Assembly (NCBI GenBank): GCA_040260805.1
Contig: JBDQPD010000074.1
Location: forward strand, 1 to 16,921
Reading direction: 5' to 3'
Source: Myxococcota bacterium
GTDB taxonomy: Bacteria; Myxococcota; UBA4151
DNA length: 16,921 bases
Shown here: in pieces, positions 13,938 to 16,921 of the stretch
How positions within the stretch are numbered: position 1 is the first letter of the stretch
How the letters are laid out: each line of letters starts with the position of its first letter
The notes under the pieces: generated by a model
Told to the model about the DNA's origin: nothing
The model's database searches: none
Seen by the model: the letters and a program-made list of their open reading frames with translations, nothing else
Made by a program: the position numbers and the translations under genes

Positions 13938-16205
13938 TCATGGAGGAGCACATCCTAAGAACATTCCACGGACACCATCTGCGCCGACATAGTAAAAATG
14001 AGCCATTCCTGCGGTCTGGCTTTCAAGGATTGCCGTGGTATTTTGCGAGATGACGTCTTGATTGATGCGTTGCTGGGATCCGTTCGCTGAACCATCGCCG
14101 GCTAAGGGGGTCGCCCAAACGCCTCGTTCGAAGGCGGGCTCAAGCACCGGATAGATCAGCACGCCTCCACTTGGAGCGCTCACCAAGCGTGCGGTCCCCG
14201 CAACCTTTGGCGCACCGACAGCGATCTGGCGAGCCTGGCTGAGCCCTTGAGCCGATAAGGACTCGACCTCGACCACGCCATCAGACCGGGTCAGCGCCAT
14301 CAGCACGGGCCCTTGCGTGACCTCGATCAGGTCCATGCCGATCAAGCGGTTGTTGTAATCACGCAGCGGCGAACCTGGCGCAGGCCCAGCCGAGAGCACA
14401 TCGCGATTGTTTTGCTCCACGGCGATCGCCACAAAGTGATCTGAAAGGCACGCAGCCTGGGTCACCAACTCGCCGCTGGCGAGCGTTGAGACCAACTGCA
14501 GCTGGCCGAGGTGGTCGAGCTCATAAAGCGATGCGGTCTCAGCGCCATTCTCGCTGATCGCCAAAATCACTTCCCAATGGTTTTGGACACCGTCTTGTGA
14601 AGGCGTACAGACAGCGACAGGGCGACAGTTTGCGGGGCCAATCGCTTGCCAGGCAGCGCCATTGACCGACAGCTGGCAGCGTCCCGATGAGCTTCCGAGT
14701 AAGGCAGCAGATTCGCCATAGTTGTTCAGACTAAACGGGGTGACATCCCCATGGTTTTGCATCTCTTCCGCTGTTTGCGCGTCAAAGGAGCGTTTCATGT
14801 TGGTTGCGGCTGGAGCCCCGGGAACTTGGTCGAGCCATCTTAATTCAGCGGCATCGACGCACATCTGGCTGACGTTTCCTGAGACAGGACCCACGGTCAT
14901 GGCATCCTCTGAGCGAATCGAGAGATTATTGTCCACGATTTGATCACAGTTTTGATCGACGCCATCGCACCATTCGGGCGCCCCTGGGTAGCGTTCGGCG
15001 TCGTTGTCATCACAGTCCTCTTGACCGACACCGAGATTGGGTGTGCCGAGGCACGCTTGGGACATCTGAGCTCCCACTGCGCCATAGCCGTCACCATCTA
15101 GGTCGGTGAAGAGCTGCTCTAGCTCTAAGCCTTCATCGATCTGATCATTGCAGTTGTTGTCTAAACCATCGCATCGCTCCGCGGCGTTTGGATGGTCTTC
15201 GTCCGACTCGTCATTACAGTCACCCGGATCGAGCGCATAGTTGTCTGGCCTTCGACAAGATTTCTCCACGGTGTCCGTGCGTCCAAACCCATCGCCGTCT
15301 TGGTCGAGATAAAAGCTGAGATAAGGCTCATCGGTTAAGCCAGAGTCGCAGTTGTTATCGATGCCATCACAGACCTCGAGCTTCCCCGGATAGCGCTCAC
15401 TGTCGTCATCGTCACAGTCGGTGCCCAGCTCGACCTCTCCTGCGGCTGGGGCGCAGCGGATCGTGCTCAAATTGGGGTTCCCAAAGCCGTCTCGATCGTT
15501 GTCGACGTAGTAGGGACGCAGCGCATCCTCGTCGACCTCACCGTCGCAGTCGTTGTCTTGACTATCGCACCCGTCAGTATTCCCTGGGAAACGATTGGGG
15601 TCATTGTCATCACAGTCGCCGTAAGCGCTAACGAAGCCCTCGGGACGTAGGCAGGCGAGCACTGCGATGTCTTGCGTGCCCACACCGTCGCGATCCAGGT
15701 CACGATACCAAGTGAGCTCCAGCCCCTCATCGACCTGTCCATCGCAGTTGTTGTCGCGCCCATCACAGGTCTCATCCGGCGCCAAAATGTTGATGGTACA
15801 GCTGTACTCGCAGCCATTCCCGCTGCGTTGATCAATGTTGTAAAAGCCAGGCTTACAGCGGGCTAAGCTGCACTCACGCTCGGTGCATTGACCGATCGCA
15901 TTTGGGTAGGCGCATTGGCGACCGCACGATCCGCAGTTGCTCGGGTCCGAGCTCAGATCCGCGCCATCGCAAAGCGGCGGCTGACCGCTCTCGCACTGGC
16001 TGGTTCCAGGAATGCACGCGCCGACCGGACCGCAGGCGTAAGCGTCCGGGCAGTCGCAGTCGTTATTGCACGCAGCGAGGCAGAGCCCCTCCAGACACAC
16101 CGAGCCCTTCTCGCAGTCCGCAGTCTCATTACAGACCACAGCCTGATCACACGAACAGGACCATCCCATCAGCAGCGTTGTGCAAAGAATGGCCCGTTGA
16201 ATCAT
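13938..16205 (-). CDS. Cys/Asp-rich surface lipoprotein with putative metal-binding (MopE-like, PF11617-type) repeats and an unassigned beta-rich C-terminal domain (755 aa)
   Basis: Signal MIQRAILCTTLLMGWSCSC. Cys-rich modules (CNETADCEKGSVCLEGLC; DPSNCGSCGRQC; CKPGFYNID..SGNGCEYSC). Repeats DCDDxDxxRxPGxxExCDGxDNNCD interleaved with xYxDxDxDGFG. The ATG overlaps the upstream TGA (ATGA). Confidence 0.88.
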   Translation of the reverse strand: MIQRAILCTTLLMGWSCSCDQAVVCNETADCEKGSVCLEGLCLAACNNDCDCPDAYACGPVGACIPGTSQCESGQPPLCDGADLSSDPSNCGSCGRQCAYPNAIGQCTERECSLARCKPGFYNIDQRSGNGCEYSCTINILAPDETCDGRDNNCDGQVDEGLELTWYRDLDRDGVGTQDIAVLACLRPEGFVSAYGDCDDNDPNRFPGNTDGCDSQDNDCDGEVDEDALRPYYVDNDRDGFGNPNLSTIRCAPAAGEVELGTDCDDDDSERYPGKLEVCDGIDNNCDSGLTDEPYLSFYLDQDGDGFGRTDTVEKSCRRPDNYALDPGDCNDESDEDHPNAAERCDGLDNNCNDQIDEGLELEQLFTDLDGDGYGAVGAQMSQACLGTPNLGVGQEDCDDNDAERYPGAPEWCDGVDQNCDQIVDNNLSIRSEDAMTVGPVSGNVSQMCVDAAELRWLDQVPGAPAATNMKRSFDAQTAEEMQNHGDVTPFSLNNYGESAALLGSSSGRCQLSVNGAAWQAIGPANCRPVAVCTPSQDGVQNHWEVILAISENGAETASLYELDHLGQLQLVSTLASGELVTQAACLSDHFVAIAVEQNNRDVLSAGPAPGSPLRDYNNRLIGMDLIEVTQGPVLMALTRSDGVVEVESLSAQGLSQARQIAVGAPKVAGTARLVSAPSGGVLIYPVLEPAFERGVWATPLAGDGSANGSQQRINQDVISQNTTAILESQTAGMAHFYYVGADGVRGMFLGCAPP
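14928..15773 (-). repeat. Protein-level tandem repeat: four ~66-68 aa units plus a leading half unit
   Basis: Units begin WYRDLDRDGVG, YYVDNDRDGFG, FYLDQDGDGFG and LFTDLDGDGYG. Each ends in a DCxD...P...CD..D..C....D motif. They are preceded by ETCDGRDNNCDGQVDE. The units are well diverged at DNA level. Confidence 0.85.
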
Positions 16206-16921
16206 GGAGCAGCCGCCGGCGCCGCAGCAGGTTCAGGCGGCGAGGTGGGCTGTTCGCCCCCTTCGGCTGCTTGAAGTCCTTCGGTCAGCTCGCTCATCAA
16301 CCCGGAAGCGCTCCCTTTGTGTTCGTCGCAGCGGCGCAGAAAGGCGGCGTTGCTCTCGGAGCGACGCTTGCCCCCTCGACGACGCCTGCGCCGGCGCTTC
16401 TTCTTGGCGGGCTCTGCCTCTTCCGAGGTCTCGGAACTCATCGGTTCGCTGGGTTCCACGACCGTCAAGATGGGGTCCTCGGCATGAACCCTAGGTACAT
16501 CGGCTGGGACGCCATCGCGGCGACGCTCATCGATCTCAAAGGGTGCAGCGACATCGGCGTCAGGGTTGGCTAAGATCACAATCTGACATCGGTAGGTCGC
16601 CTCAAGCTCAGCTAAGGCACCGCGGAATCGGTTCGAGAGCTCGTTCGCCACATGCAGAGGCAGCTGAGCGGTGAGTCGCTCAACCCAGCCCATTCCGCGC
16701 CGAAGTTGCGCCTCGATCCGCCGCCGAACCTCAAAGGCTTGGTAGCGATTTGAGGGGACTGAGCCCCGACCGCCGCAACTTCCGCAGACCACCTCATCGA
16801 GCTGGTTGCCTCGAGACCGCATGCGTTTGCGGGTCATGTCGAGTGTTCCTGTCGGGCCGATCGAGTAAACACGATGCCTGGAGCGATCGCTCTTCATCTC
16901 TGCCTTGAAGGTCTTCTCGAC
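16202..16921 (-). CDS. Rne/Rng family ribonuclease (RNase E/G), C-terminal part; 5' end lies outside the window
   Basis: The frame is open to the edge (VEKTFKAE precedes the track's Met). DRSRHRVYSIGPTGTLDMTRKR matches Dra......is.fGl.emtRqR. Zn-link CGSCGGRG (CxxC at 16786-16775), small domain VANELSNRFRGALAELE, and Arg-rich tail KKKRRRRRRRGGKRR. Confidence 0.85.
   Translation of the reverse strand, partial: VEKTFKAEMKSDRSRHRVYSIGPTGTLDMTRKRMRSRGNQLDEVVCGSCGGRGSVPSNRYQAFEVRRRIEAQLRRGMGWVERLTAQLPLHVANELSNRFRGALAELEATYRCQIVILANPDADVAAPFEIDERRRDGVPADVPRVHAEDPILTVVEPSEPMSSETSEEAEPAKKKRRRRRRRGGKRRSESNAAFLRRCDEHKGSASGLMSELTEGLQAAEGGEQPTSPPEPAAAPAAAP

Noticed and set aside
14928..15773. Periodic repeats as a CRISPR array or DGR template
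   Set aside because: The repeats are in frame, about 200 bp in period and conserved at protein rather than DNA level. No cas or reverse transcriptase gene is present.
15902..16573. 223-aa plus-strand ORF and other short opposite-strand ORFs in the track
   Set aside because: They overlap well-supported genes on the other strand and have low-complexity Arg/Ser/Pro-rich shadow composition.
16895..16897. ATG given as the start of a 231-aa protein
   Set aside because: It is an internal Met. The frame is open to the window edge and the sequence corresponds to the interior of RNase E/G.

Overview
GC-rich bacterial chromosomal window, probably Myxococcota/deltaproteobacterial (inferred from the protein families present). 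It holds 16 densely packed CDSs in three blocks. (A) Minus strand, 1-6041: a membrane protein with an HExxH gluzincin domain, an SCP2-like protein, an NTF2-fold probable lipoprotein, proS, a small membrane-anchored protein and an N-formylglutamate amidohydrolase (cut by the left edge and missing from the supplied ORF track). (B) Plus strand, 6137-11851: a degenerate PilZ-like protein, dut, a Zn-ribbon/Ser-Thr pseudokinase/TM/FGE-like fusion, a degenerate ABC-type substrate-binding-like protein, a basic exported protein and an AhpC/TSA-type thioredoxin-fold protein. (C) Minus strand, 11861-16921: the 3' part of an RNase E/G gene (cut by the right edge), coupled to a Cys/Asp-repeat lipoprotein, then an MBL-fold hydrolase coupled to a GAF-HD-GYP phosphodiesterase. 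I saw no rRNA, tRNA, CRISPR array, integrase or transposase. The most notable observations are the catalytically degenerate receptor kinase, the clustering of 'pseudo' signalling proteins around dut, the MBL/HD-GYP pair with its own promoter, and the unexplained peptidase/SCP2/NTF2 genes upstream of proS. All family calls come from reading motifs by eye, not from database searches.
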